From Promethearchaeota archaeon (lineage in GTDB: Archaea > Asgardarchaeota > Hermodarchaeia > Hermodarchaeales > Hermodarchaeaceae): 64,000 bases of DNA. Position numbers and translations under genes: made by a program. The stretch covers positions 82,622 to 146,621 of the forward strand of contig JBHLPR010000001.1 of the NCBI GenBank assembly GCA_048939245.1, written 5' to 3'. The notes under the pieces are model-generated. The model was not told the DNA's origin. It ran no database searches and was given only the letters and a program-made list of their open reading frames with translations. Positions 44,812-53,958 of the stretch are shown in pieces. The first letter of the stretch is position 1, and each line of letters begins with the position of its first letter.

Positions 44812-46122
44812 ATGGATCGATTTCTTCCCCAACTCGATGAGGCATGTAACGCAGGGTACGATTTTGTGAAGCAAGGACCCATTCTTCTCAAACGTACTGA
44901 TATCAATTCTGTTATGCCCAATTCAGGCACCATCCTCAATGACCGTCGAATCCGCGAGGCTCTCTTGACAAGTATCGAACTCAGAAAAACCGGTGCAACT
45001 GCTATCACTGAAGGGGCCCACCAATCCCGCAAGGGAAAATCGGACTTCTATCCCACCATTACACATACACGAGTCTTGAACCAGCTCCTCAAGGAAGAGC
45101 ATCCAGCTGCTTACAAGGAGTGGGAGTATGTATTCAATGAAACCTGCTGGGATGTATCTCAATTTGAGCTATTAATTCACGGCAAAAACGTTCTAAGTAA
45201 TAATATCCGCTTTGCTCCCTGGGAGTTGAACACTCCTACAGATTTGGAATCCATTCCACCCATTCGTTTAATTGAGAAACTCCAAAATGCTGGGGCTAAA
45301 ATTGGTTATGTGCAAGACGCCTTTGCCTCCGCTCATCGGGGTGGGAAGGGTAAAGACACTTCTATGTATGCTTTACCTACGTTTCTCAAGAAGCGGCAAA
45401 TCCCCGTTTTTCCATCTCGTGCTTTTGTCAACGAGATGCGAAAGTATGCAAAAATCAACAAGTTAATCTCTCAAAGCAAACGAGTTGTCATCGCATTATT
45501 TGGTGGAAAAATCAAAGATTACATCGATGTATTATCACTTTACAAACGTCGGGACAACACCGAATTTCTTGCCGGTTCCCTCCTGAGCCTTATCTTTCTG
45601 AAAAGCCAAAACCCCTCACTCAGTTTTGGCGTCAATGACGAACGGTTCTTCAACGATATCGGTGCAAAAGAACTCACGGAGTTCGCAAAGCACTATACAC
45701 CAAATCGGGTTCACCTGGCTGAGGATTTGCTCCTTTCCACTCCTGAACACACGATTACACAATCCTTAGGACCTAAAGCTAAAATCCGAGACGACGTTCA
45801 AGGTATCGGACCCGCTACCGCAAAAGCATTTGCGGATTTGGTTCAGGGTGCCCAACTGCTCATTGTCAACGGATGTCCCTGTAATATTACCCGATTTGAA
45901 GATTTTGGGGCTCCCTTTACTGAATTCCTTCAACTGACCCGAAAACAGAATGGTGGTCTCACAATCTATGAATGTGGTGGAGATGCAATAACCGCTATTA
46001 AATTCACGAATGTGGCCACAGATGTGAGTTCAACCGCTGGAAAACTTGGGCTCCTTGCACCAATGATCGAAACAGAACAAGACCTGGAATTATATGCTCC
46101 TTCCATCATTCCTTTCCTTTAA
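44812..46122 (+). CDS. pgk: Phosphoglycerate kinase (divergent archaeal type)
   Basis: The PGK motif series is KRTDINSV (RxDxN), NDRRIREALLTSI, GAHQSRKG, LSNNIRFAPWE, YVQDAFASAHRGG, GIGPATAKAF, IVNGCPC and ECGGDAITAI. Confidence 0.7.
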   Translation: MDRFLPQLDEACNAGYDFVKQGPILLKRTDINSVMPNSGTILNDRRIREALLTSIELRKTGATAITEGAHQSRKGKSDFYPTITHTRVLNQLLKEEHPAAYKEWEYVFNETCWDVSQFELLIHGKNVLSNNIRFAPWELNTPTDLESIPPIRLIEKLQNAGAKIGYVQDAFASAHRGGKGKDTSMYALPTFLKKRQIPVFPSRAFVNEMRKYAKINKLISQSKRVVIALFGGKIKDYIDVLSLYKRRDNTEFLAGSLLSLIFLKSQNPSLSFGVNDERFFNDIGAKELTEFAKHYTPNRVHLAEDLLLSTPEHTITQSLGPKAKIRDDVQGIGPATAKAFADLVQGAQLLIVNGCPCNITRFEDFGAPFTEFLQLTRKQNGGLTIYECGGDAITAIKFTNVATDVSSTAGKLGLLAPMIETEQDLELYAPSIIPFL

Positions 46123-46175
46123 AGCATTATCAGTAAAACACATATTTGCGCTGCCGATAAGATTGGGCTTCAGAC

Positions 46176-48269
46176 TTATTCGATGGTACGTCCACAATGA
46201 CTACAAAACGTGGCATTCGGCGGCAATGGAGCTCCACAATGCCAACAAAACCCAGTTCGAACAGGTTTCTCATCCGCAAGACTTGATTCAACCGATGACC
46301 GATAATCAGGCGATGATGGACTTTGGGGTCGAGAGTCTGCAGGTGTCCACAAATACTCCTGGTCCTTATGCCTTCTCCGTTGAATACGTACACACACAAA
46401 GAATACAATTATTAAAATGACGGCAGCAGCGAGGATGACCCAGATAATCATTCCAACCCCAGTCACCACGAGAGAATAGTAAGCCCCAGTGTTGTCATCA
46501 GTGACATTGCGTCCACCAGCATCGATTACACTCACAAAATAGTTGACAGTCACTCCTGGCAAAAATGTACCCATCGCCCCTTCCCAGGTATCTCCACCAA
46601 GAAAGACCATGTCAATATGATACCATCGAGTATCTCCCTGGCGTTGATAAAAAATCGTAGCATTGACAATCCATGTATCATCTGTTACTTCAAGAGTGAC
46701 AATCACAAGATCCCCAAATCCAGGAACCTCTGGGCTGTGACTTACATGTGTAATAATAGGGTCCTCCAAATCCACAACGAACTGAGAAGTAATTGATAAC
46801 CGGCGCCCTGATCCAGCAAGTTCCATTATTAGGGTAGCATTATGAAGACCCGAAGTAAGTCCAGAGATATCCTGACTAGTGCCCAACCCTGTATATACTA
46901 GACCATTATCGAGGTATAATTCGTAATGATCAATTCCTGGACCTGCGGCAGTACCCGTCCATTCAATTGTGAAATTCGGTGAGAGAACGGCACTACCATC
47001 TATAGGTGAAAGAAACTGCATGAAGGCCCGTAATATTGTGACATTGTAAGAGCTACCTACTGTGTTCTCAACGACCATGGAAAATTGGCCTATGGACGAC
47101 ACGTAGGAATCCACTTGTCCCAAACCAATACCGAATGCCCCATCGTCAACAGTGGAAGTTCCAGGATGAGAATCAATCACCTTAACAATTCCTTTTCCAG
47201 ATTGAAGCGACTCATCAATGTAGGTAATAACGACTCCTTCACCACCTGCTCCAGCCCAGGGAAGTGAAGCATCGTAGCCAATTTTTCGCCGAACTTCTAT
47301 GAGGAAGTATTGTTCAGCGGTGATATTAATTCGAACTAGGTGAACACCTGAAGTACTCTGTTCAAGCGGATCAATCACAGTGGTTAGATCTGATGCGACT
47401 TCTACCGTATTGGTTGCATTCACCCAACCAAGTTGGGATTTACACCATCCCATCATGTGGGCGGGCTGGTCTCCTAAATCCATTGGACCATTCCAAGACC
47501 CTTTAGCCATTAACCCCCAATGACCGACATATTCTGCACCAGTATAATCTACATCATATAAATCGGGTAAACCCAAATCATGTCCAAATTCATGTGCCAG
47601 TACTCCCACAAAGGAAGGGTCTCCTGGCAGGCTTTCTTCGGGACTCACTGAAGCGCGGTGGATACTTACTCCATCATTTGTTGGTTCATTGAAATTCCAC
47701 CATTCACTGGACCAATAATCTCGCCAGTCATGACTCAATTCTTGTCCTTGACCTGCATGAATAATCGTTACTCCATCATAGTTTGAAAAATCCACAATCG
47801 GATCCGCTAGATCAATTGCTTCCGATATTAGATCGAATTTTGGATCACTCGGAAATGAGGTCCCATCAACATAATATTCACGATTATTTGATAGGCTGAG
47901 CCAGGGTGTAGCATCACCGGATACTTGGACCAATCCATAAGATACTTCGTCGATATAATCTTCAAGGGCGTTTATGGCATTTGTCAGAACTTCGGAAGCG
48001 TCGAAAGTATGTGTCTTATCTGTGAACTCAACTAGAATAACTATCAGATTCTTTGTTCCAGTAACCTGTTTTGAAGAATAATAAGTGTCCTGGGCAGGTG
48101 GACCATCAAGTCCAATACGCGCAGACATAGGCAACGAGGCTGGCTGTTCAAATACTGGTGTATTTGCTGAAACGTTTAGAAATAGAGGGATTGTCAGTGA
48201 AATTAGAAGGATTGACAATAACATAAATGCGGATGTATCTCGTAGCTTTTGGCTTGTGACATAAATCAA
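46176..48269 (-). CDS. M6 (immune inhibitor A-like) zinc metalloprotease, membrane anchored, with cytoplasmic zinc-ribbon tail
   Basis: A signal peptide is present. VLAHEFGHDLGLPDLYD is the M6-type HEXXH context. The C-terminal TM is VGMIIWVILAAAVILIIVFFVCV. The 70-aa tail ends CWHCGAPLPPNATFCSHCG. Confidence 0.85.
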   Translation of the reverse strand: MIYVTSQKLRDTSAFMLLSILLISLTIPLFLNVSANTPVFEQPASLPMSARIGLDGPPAQDTYYSSKQVTGTKNLIVILVEFTDKTHTFDASEVLTNAINALEDYIDEVSYGLVQVSGDATPWLSLSNNREYYVDGTSFPSDPKFDLISEAIDLADPIVDFSNYDGVTIIHAGQGQELSHDWRDYWSSEWWNFNEPTNDGVSIHRASVSPEESLPGDPSFVGVLAHEFGHDLGLPDLYDVDYTGAEYVGHWGLMAKGSWNGPMDLGDQPAHMMGWCKSQLGWVNATNTVEVASDLTTVIDPLEQSTSGVHLVRINITAEQYFLIEVRRKIGYDASLPWAGAGGEGVVITYIDESLQSGKGIVKVIDSHPGTSTVDDGAFGIGLGQVDSYVSSIGQFSMVVENTVGSSYNVTILRAFMQFLSPIDGSAVLSPNFTIEWTGTAAGPGIDHYELYLDNGLVYTGLGTSQDISGLTSGLHNATLIMELAGSGRRLSITSQFVVDLEDPIITHVSHSPEVPGFGDLVIVTLEVTDDTWIVNATIFYQRQGDTRWYHIDMVFLGGDTWEGAMGTFLPGVTVNYFVSVIDAGGRNVTDDNTGAYYSLVVTGVGMIIWVILAAAVILIIVFFVCVRIQRRRHKDQEYLWTPADSRPQSPSSPDYRSSVESSLADEKPVRTGFCWHCGAPLPPNATFCSHCGRTIE

Positions 48270-48426
48270 TACTTTTCTCCTCTGCTATCCATCTGCTCCA
48301 CAGTGTGCGAATCGATCTGCTCAGGAATTGAGCATGTTGTTCACAAGGGTCTAAGAAACTTCTCTATAGCGCAGTCATAAACTTTCGGTTCTGTCTATTC
48401 AAAGAACAAGTTTACTGGTTCCCTCG

Positions 48427-48465
48427 CAAAAACACCCACATCTCAATACTCTTAGATACTAAGAG
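48427..48465 (-). terminator. Putative terminator downstream of GTPase gene (7-bp stem, then T5 on the minus strand)
   Basis: The hairpin ctcttag-ata-ctaagag lies at 48449-48465. The complement of caaaaac at 48427-48433 gives gtttttg on the transcript. Confidence 0.35.
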
Positions 48466-48495
48466 ACTAACTGAACAGTGGGGAAATCAGAGCTA

Positions 48496-49056
48496 TTATT
48501 TACCTCGCTCTTGCTGATGGGCTTGGTAAATCATTGAAGCTAAGGTGGTGAAGGCTGCACTGACCTGATGACCAGTTTTCGCTGAGGTCTCTTCGTATTG
48601 AAATAGGCCCAGTTTCTTGGCTATACTCTCCCCTTGCGCTCGAGTGATTTTCCGTTCTTTCTCCAAATCTGCCTTATTGCCAAGTAATATTAACAGTGGC
48701 TTAGGTCCCACGGCTTCACGAAAGGCTTCAACCCACTTTGGAAGAGCATCAAGGGTCTGAGGGCGAGCTAAATCAAAGACCAAAATTCCTCCAGACGCTC
48801 CCTGACAATAACGGGTGCGTAGGTCTCGGAAAATATCCTGTCCTGCTAAATCCCAAATTAAAAGTTTGAACAGGTGTGAGCCAATCTTTGCATCATAAGT
48901 ACTTATATCAATCCCAAGAGTTCGGATATAATCCCGCTCAAATTTACCGGTGACATATTTGTTAACAAGACTCGTCTTCCCAACCGCGGCTTCTCCGAGA
49001 GTGACTAGCTTATATACTGCATCAAATCGTTTTTCTTCATCAGGAATTTTACTCAC
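48496..49056 (-). CDS. Rab/Ras-like small GTPase (186 aa), canonical motifs
   Basis: G1 is GEAAVGKTS, switch I is YIRTLGIDI, G3 is WDLAGQDIF, G4 is GNKAD and G5 is ETSAK. There is no C-terminal Cys. Confidence 0.85.
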   Translation of the reverse strand: MSKIPDEEKRFDAVYKLVTLGEAAVGKTSLVNKYVTGKFERDYIRTLGIDISTYDAKIGSHLFKLLIWDLAGQDIFRDLRTRYCQGASGGILVFDLARPQTLDALPKWVEAFREAVGPKPLLILLGNKADLEKERKITRAQGESIAKKLGLFQYEETSAKTGHQVSAAFTTLASMIYQAHQQERGK

Positions 49057-49152
49057 TGCCCAACCTCCATATCAGCGAAAGGAAATCTAGTTTAGTAATG
49101 GTGAAGTCTACATTTAATTGTTGTCAAATCTCTCACACAAAAAAGTTCCGAC

Positions 49153-49545
49153 TTACCTTTTTCTCGATAAGGTCTTCGCTAGCTTCTTCTCGTAGTTCTC
49201 ATACAAGTCCAATAGCTTTAGCCCTAATTGTGTTAAGGCTGTCCCCCCTTTTCCATCACTGTGACCACGTCTTTTCTCAACAATAGGTGCGCCGATCCGT
49301 TCTTCCACTTTTTGAAGATAACCCCATGCAAACCGATAAGATGGAGAGTCCATTTCACCCAATGTATCTTCAGGAAGAGATTTCAAGGCTTGGCTAATCG
49401 ATCCTTTCTCCATAATGCCTCGTAAAAGCAATGCACCTCCACGCCCAAGAATGTGCTCTCCATTCAACTCAAGCCACAATTTCGCTTGGGGCTCTAATTT
49501 TTCTATTATCGTTTCTTCTTCATTTACCACTTCAGACACCTTCAA
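49153..49545 (-). CDS. ModE N-terminal-domain-like winged-helix protein (no Mop domains)
   Basis: ILGRGGALLLRGIMEKGSISQALKSL...SYRFAWGYLQKVEERIGAPIVEKRRGHSDGKGGTALTQLGLKLL matches the ModE/LysR-type N-terminal HTH pattern (SYRxAW ... GGxGGGG-like loop). Confidence 0.65.
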   Translation of the reverse strand: MKVSEVVNEEETIIEKLEPQAKLWLELNGEHILGRGGALLLRGIMEKGSISQALKSLPEDTLGEMDSPSYRFAWGYLQKVEERIGAPIVEKRRGHSDGKGGTALTQLGLKLLDLYENYEKKLAKTLSRKR

Positions 49546-49701
49546 TGAAGACGTGATTCACCAGTTCTTTAAACTAAATAGCCTCTTGAAGGCTGCTTAT
49601 TGTTTCTTCCAATACTTCAAATAACTACTGGCTCATAAATCCCCTGAATCCGAAGCTCTTAATGTAACCAACGAGATAATTACAGCCTAGGAGAATTCTT
49701 A

Positions 49702-50454
49702 ATGTCTTCACCTGCTCCTCCACGAATAATCGTTAACTCCGTAAAAGCCATCCTTGGTGAAGACTATTCAATTCTCTCCTATGAAAAACTTCCCAGTCGC
49801 CGAAACGACGTCTTTAAAATCATTGGCGTAGACCCATCACACACTTCTCCTACCCAAATTGTGGCAAAGCTCTACAAACAAACAGGCATCGCCCATGAAA
49901 CATCTATTCTCCAAAAAGCGCATCAACACAATCTACATGTTCCTGCTATCATCGGCACAACAGCTACGGTTCTCATTCTGGAGTACATTGACGCCCCTAA
50001 CCTTTGCGATCTCATTACGTTGTATCCTGATAGAATTCTAGGGCATATGTTGGCTTCATGGTTGGCTCAATATCATGATGTCTTTAATCAAGGAAATGAT
50101 CAGGTCCTACTCAAAGGTGATGCCCGTATCCGTAACTTCCTTGTTCAAAAAGACTACATCATCGGCGTTGATTTCGAAGAAAGTCATGTGGGGGTCTTTA
50201 TAGACGATCTTGCCATAGCTTGCGCCTCAATCCTGGATACTACACCAATCTTTACTAATACTAAAATGGAATTATGCTTAGCCATCATCAGTCAATATGG
50301 AAAACTTCGTCAAATACCGAACTTGCACAAGTTAAAAGAAACGACTCAAATACAAATGATACAGGTGTTACAAGACACCGCTAAACGCCGAGGAAATCCT
50401 CCTCAGCTAATAACCTCCATCAGCCGGTTTCAAGAAACTGGTCTCCCGTCTTGA
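49702..50454 (+). CDS. Protein-kinase-like fold protein (APH/Bud32/RIO-like)
   Basis: Candidate motifs are the beta3 Lys in IVAKLYK, the hinge LILEYIDAPNL, the catalytic loop LLKGDARIRNFLV (canonical HGDxxxxN) and the metal-binding IIGVDFEES. Confidence 0.5.
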   Translation: MSSPAPPRIIVNSVKAILGEDYSILSYEKLPSRRNDVFKIIGVDPSHTSPTQIVAKLYKQTGIAHETSILQKAHQHNLHVPAIIGTTATVLILEYIDAPNLCDLITLYPDRILGHMLASWLAQYHDVFNQGNDQVLLKGDARIRNFLVQKDYIIGVDFEESHVGVFIDDLAIACASILDTTPIFTNTKMELCLAIISQYGKLRQIPNLHKLKETTQIQMIQVLQDTAKRRGNPPQLITSISRFQETGLPS

Positions 50455-50642
50455 ACCAAACGACAAATACTCCGTTATAGGTACTATAAATTTAGGCAAT
50501 CGTATACTATCTTGTGAAAATATGGGTTATGTCGATTTTCGCACTCAGTAGCAACCAAAAGCCTTTAAGTCGGCTGCATGAGAAGCCACATAACTCCCTT
50601 GTGGAGTATCATCAATAAAAACGTTAGGAGGCATTATGAGTT

Positions 50643-50984
50643 ATGGCAGACGAAGGAACAGCCCGAACACTTGTCACTATTGGCGCCTGGCTTCAGTTAA
50701 TCTTCTGGTTAATCGGAATAGCAGGTATTGTACTCACGTTCATGATGTTCCTACCTTTCTGGGACCCATTGATCATGATTGTTTTTCTCATGGCCGTTGC
50801 AATCTATATTCTGATTACCATCTTCGGAATCATCTTCTTCATCCTTTGGTTCCGCTGGCGTCATGATCCCAGTGCACATAAGACAGGTCTTATCGTGACA
50901 GGTATACTTGGGCTAATCTTTGGCGGTGTCCTTCCAGGACTCCTCGTCCTAATTGGTGGAGCAATCGCTCCCTCAGAAGCTTAA
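50643..50984 (+). CDS. Small integral membrane protein (113 aa, 3-4 TM)
   Basis: The ORF is hydrophobic and has AGGAGG upstream. A hairpin plus T-run follows it. Confidence 0.5.
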   Translation: MADEGTARTLVTIGAWLQLIFWLIGIAGIVLTFMMFLPFWDPLIMIVFLMAVAIYILITIFGIIFFILWFRWRHDPSAHKTGLIVTGILGLIFGGVLPGLLVLIGGAIAPSEA

Positions 50985-50985
50985 G

Positions 50986-51033
50986 CCGACCCAAGCTCTA
51001 GGCTTGTTGGTCGTTCCCTTTTTTTCTTTTTTA
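50986..51033 (+). terminator. Imperfect hairpin plus double T-run terminator
   Basis: The imperfect hairpin cgacccaagc...gcttgttggtcg is followed by ttcccttttttcttttttaa. Confidence 0.5.
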
Positions 51034-51183
51034 ATCCGTTGAGCGGAGCAAAGAACCACCTACTCCATTCATTTCAATCTTCCAAAATTCTATCTTGCAA
51101 AGGCATGGCGGAACCTTTATGGTCTATGGATTATGCTTTGAAACAGAAAACGGAATCTAATTAGATTTTGGAGGTTATGATTA

Positions 51184-52215
51184 TTGGGTGTTAAGCTTGC
51201 GCCCCTCATAACGCCTCAAATAATGACGTTAGAGGAATTGCGTGGTCGTTCGTTCGCAGTTGATGCAGCTAATCAGTTGCATCAATTTTTGGCCCTTATC
51301 CGAACACCAGATGGAATACCTCTTAAAGATCGACAAGGCCGAATTACATCTCATCTTGTGGGTTTACTTTACCGCACCACACGGCTAATCACCGAATATG
51401 ATTTGAAACTCATCTTTGTTTTTGATGGGAAACCCCCAGATTTGAAATCCGATGAAATCACCAAGCGCCGTCAGCAGCGTAAACGCGCTGAACGTGAATA
51501 TAAGGAAGCCGTTGCGAAAGGCGATATGAAAACCGCTTGGTCTAAAGCTGTGGGAACAGGACGCCTTACTCGCCAAATGGCTGAAGAAGCACAACAGGTC
51601 TTATCCTATCTGGGAATCCCTTATGTGCAAGCTCCTGGTGAAGGTGAAGCGCAAGCAGCATATATGGTTCAACGAGGAGACGCCTGGGCCACCGCAAGCA
51701 GGGATTTTGATACTCTTCTATTCGGAACACCGCGTTTATTACGCTACCTTACGCTCACGGGTCGAAAACGCTTACCGAGTAAAGGTACCAGTGTCCCACT
51801 CCAACCCGAACTCATTGACCTTCACAAAGTCTTTGCTGAAAATGGGATCAATCGGGAACAACTCGTCGATATGGCTTTGCTCATTGGAACAGATTTCAAT
51901 GAAGGGATTCCGCAAGTAGGTCCGAAAACTGCATTGAAACTCATTAAAGAAAACAATAATCTAGAAAATTTGCCCAGTAAAATTCTCGAACAACTCCCTC
52001 CAAACTATCATAAGATTCGACGAATTTTCTTAGATCATCCGATTACCGATGAATACGATATTACGACCAAACCGATTAATAAGGATGGATTAATTGAGTT
52101 TCTCTGCCAAGAACGCGGTTTTTCCGAAACTCGAGTGACCAATGTGGTGGATCGGCTTCTTAAAGCGAAGGATTCACAACGCCAACAGAGCCTAGACGGC
52201 TGGACGAAAAGTTAG
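51184..52215 (+). CDS. fen: Flap endonuclease 1
   Basis: MGVKLAPLI...AVDAANQLHQFLALIRTPDG..L.D..GRITSHLVGLLYRTTRL...IFVFDGKPPDLK gives the XPG-N and XPG-I motifs. The start is TTG with GGAGGT 9 nt upstream. Confidence 0.9.
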   Translation: MGVKLAPLITPQIMTLEELRGRSFAVDAANQLHQFLALIRTPDGIPLKDRQGRITSHLVGLLYRTTRLITEYDLKLIFVFDGKPPDLKSDEITKRRQQRKRAEREYKEAVAKGDMKTAWSKAVGTGRLTRQMAEEAQQVLSYLGIPYVQAPGEGEAQAAYMVQRGDAWATASRDFDTLLFGTPRLLRYLTLTGRKRLPSKGTSVPLQPELIDLHKVFAENGINREQLVDMALLIGTDFNEGIPQVGPKTALKLIKENNNLENLPSKILEQLPPNYHKIRRIFLDHPITDEYDITTKPINKDGLIEFLCQERGFSETRVTNVVDRLLKAKDSQRQQSLDGWTKS

Positions 52216-52220
52216 TCTGC

Positions 52221-53828
52221 CTATGTGGCTAAAATATTGGACCAAAAGGTAGCAATCTGCTCTCGAGTCTCATAATTCAATAAGGTATAATTAGCTAATT
52301 GCCGGGTTCCTCGTTGGACATGTTCAGCACTAAAGGGGCGTCGTACCCAATTCGAACGCTCTGCGGTTTCGTCAACTTGTTGTCGAAAGAAGGGATTGGA
52401 ACGAATTTCTGTTCGCATTAGTTGAATCAGTTGTTCTCCAAACACCTCATCAAACAAGCTTACCTTCGGTTGAGCAGCACTGTCGGCTTGAATTTTCAAT
52501 GGAGGAATTACTCCATACTGTCCTTCTCCCTGACCAATTTTCACGACAAAAAGTGGCACAACAACTTGCATCAAGGGCAGGTATCCCTGTAAGGTATCTG
52601 CAGGGGCGCTAATCGCTTCGAATCGTCGATGTTCCTGCTCTACTCGATTTTTTAAATTCTGGATCATATCCTTCAATGAGGCATGCAATTTAATGGTTGC
52701 CTCACGAATCATATCTAACTCAGATAGCTCGGATCCTACAGCCACTTCCGGTGGAATGGGTTCTGAATAGACAAGGGTTCCCGTTGGAAAAGGTGGTCGA
52801 GCTGCTTCTTGTGATAGGTCAGACTGCGATTGGTCACGACTCCATTCGAAGCGAGTTCGGGCATCCCGTAATTCTTCTGTCTTTTCATCTAATTCAGTCA
52901 ATGCTTGCTGGATAGATAATTGGAATACATTAGCGGTATTTTCTAACTCCACCAACCGTGTTTTTACATTGGCAATATGCCATTCGACTTCGGTCGGTTT
53001 CGCTTTAATTGAACTAACCAGTCGTCGGCATTGCTCGGTAGAGAGGCCAAGAGTATTGGCTAATCGGGCAACAACTTCTGCCAATTCTTTTGAGATACGC
53101 TCTTTTTCTCTATCAAGTTCTATCGTTGGTTCATCTGCAAAGAAGGACGGTTGTGGTTCACTTTCGATTTCACGGGCTTCCCAGCGAAGAGATGCCCCAT
53201 GTGACATTCTATCTCTCCGGGCATCTAGCAGCCGAATATTTTCTTCAACGAATTCATCAACCAGACTCTCTGCCTGGCTTAATTGGGCTAGGTTTCCGTC
53301 AAGCCGGGCGCGTTCATTGCGGAATAGAATTCCTACATCATGAATCTCTTTTGTAGATAATCGAGAAGGCAGACACAGCTCCTCGCCTGGAGGAGCAATC
53401 GTGGTATCGACCAGAACTCGAATCGGATCAATCATGGTGGGGAGCATTGCATTTCGAATCACAACCAATTCTGAACCAGGTTTCTCGAATGCTTGGATGA
53501 ACTCACCCAGCAATTTGGGGACTAACTCAATACGTTCCACATTTCGGAGTTCAGCACGCATTTGAACCAATGATGGAATGGATGAATGGCGAACTGAAAT
53601 GGTGGGTTCACCCACCCCACTAATGATCAAACTGCGCCCAGGTAGAGCATGAACCAAATAAAATGGCAAATATACTGGAGAAAAATAAGCAAAAGGCATA
53701 GGCTCTCGTAATTGATTTCGTAGAAACATTAATGCAGTGGCTAAATCCGCTTCTGGCGTTGAAGAAAAACCATCTTTCATGGCTTCAGGAGGACCCCGGA
53801 TAAATGCTGCAACTTTCGTAATCGCCAC
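52221..53828 (-). CDS. Hypothetical protein (535 aa) with central coiled-coil
   Basis: Long clean ORF convergent with fen. The central ~200 aa are heptad-like and Glu/Arg/Leu-rich. No motif recognised. Confidence 0.6.
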   Translation of the reverse strand: MAITKVAAFIRGPPEAMKDGFSSTPEADLATALMFLRNQLREPMPFAYFSPVYLPFYLVHALPGRSLIISGVGEPTISVRHSSIPSLVQMRAELRNVERIELVPKLLGEFIQAFEKPGSELVVIRNAMLPTMIDPIRVLVDTTIAPPGEELCLPSRLSTKEIHDVGILFRNERARLDGNLAQLSQAESLVDEFVEENIRLLDARRDRMSHGASLRWEAREIESEPQPSFFADEPTIELDREKERISKELAEVVARLANTLGLSTEQCRRLVSSIKAKPTEVEWHIANVKTRLVELENTANVFQLSIQQALTELDEKTEELRDARTRFEWSRDQSQSDLSQEAARPPFPTGTLVYSEPIPPEVAVGSELSELDMIREATIKLHASLKDMIQNLKNRVEQEHRRFEAISAPADTLQGYLPLMQVVVPLFVVKIGQGEGQYGVIPPLKIQADSAAQPKVSLFDEVFGEQLIQLMRTEIRSNPFFRQQVDETAERSNWVRRPFSAEHVQRGTRQLANYTLLNYETREQIATFWSNILAT

Positions 53829-53958
53829 AATACCACCCTAACCGCATACTGGATGATACCTTCGCCGCTAAAAGACACAACGAAGGGGCAAAGTATAATC
53901 TTTTTGGCTAATGACCCCCCCAAAGGTAGATTATACAAATCTTCGGAACTGAACACAT

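Noticed and set aside
44812-46122. Whether the divergent PGK is a non-catalytic paralogue.
   Set aside because: The substrate- and nucleotide-binding blocks (RxDxN, AHQxRxG, DAFxxAHR, GGD) are all recognisable, so I treat it as a functional pgk.
46094-46420. 108-aa (+) and 92-aa (-) ORFs overlapping the 3' end of the M6 protease gene.
   Set aside because: They overlap the tail region, which encodes a convincing TM segment and CxxC...CxxC zinc ribbon in the M6 frame.
50636-50866. 76-aa ORF starting 7 nt upstream of the 113-aa membrane-protein ORF, in another frame and closer to the AGGAGG.
   Set aside because: The product is Arg/His/Cys-rich with no structure. The +1-shifted 113-aa frame gives a coherent multi-TM protein. 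I kept 50643-50984, but the start choice is uncertain.
52969-53343. 124-aa and 88-aa ORFs antisense to the 535-aa coiled-coil gene.
   Set aside because: Ser/Arg-rich antisense translations of Glu/Leu/Arg codon repeats are a common artefact of coiled-coil genes.
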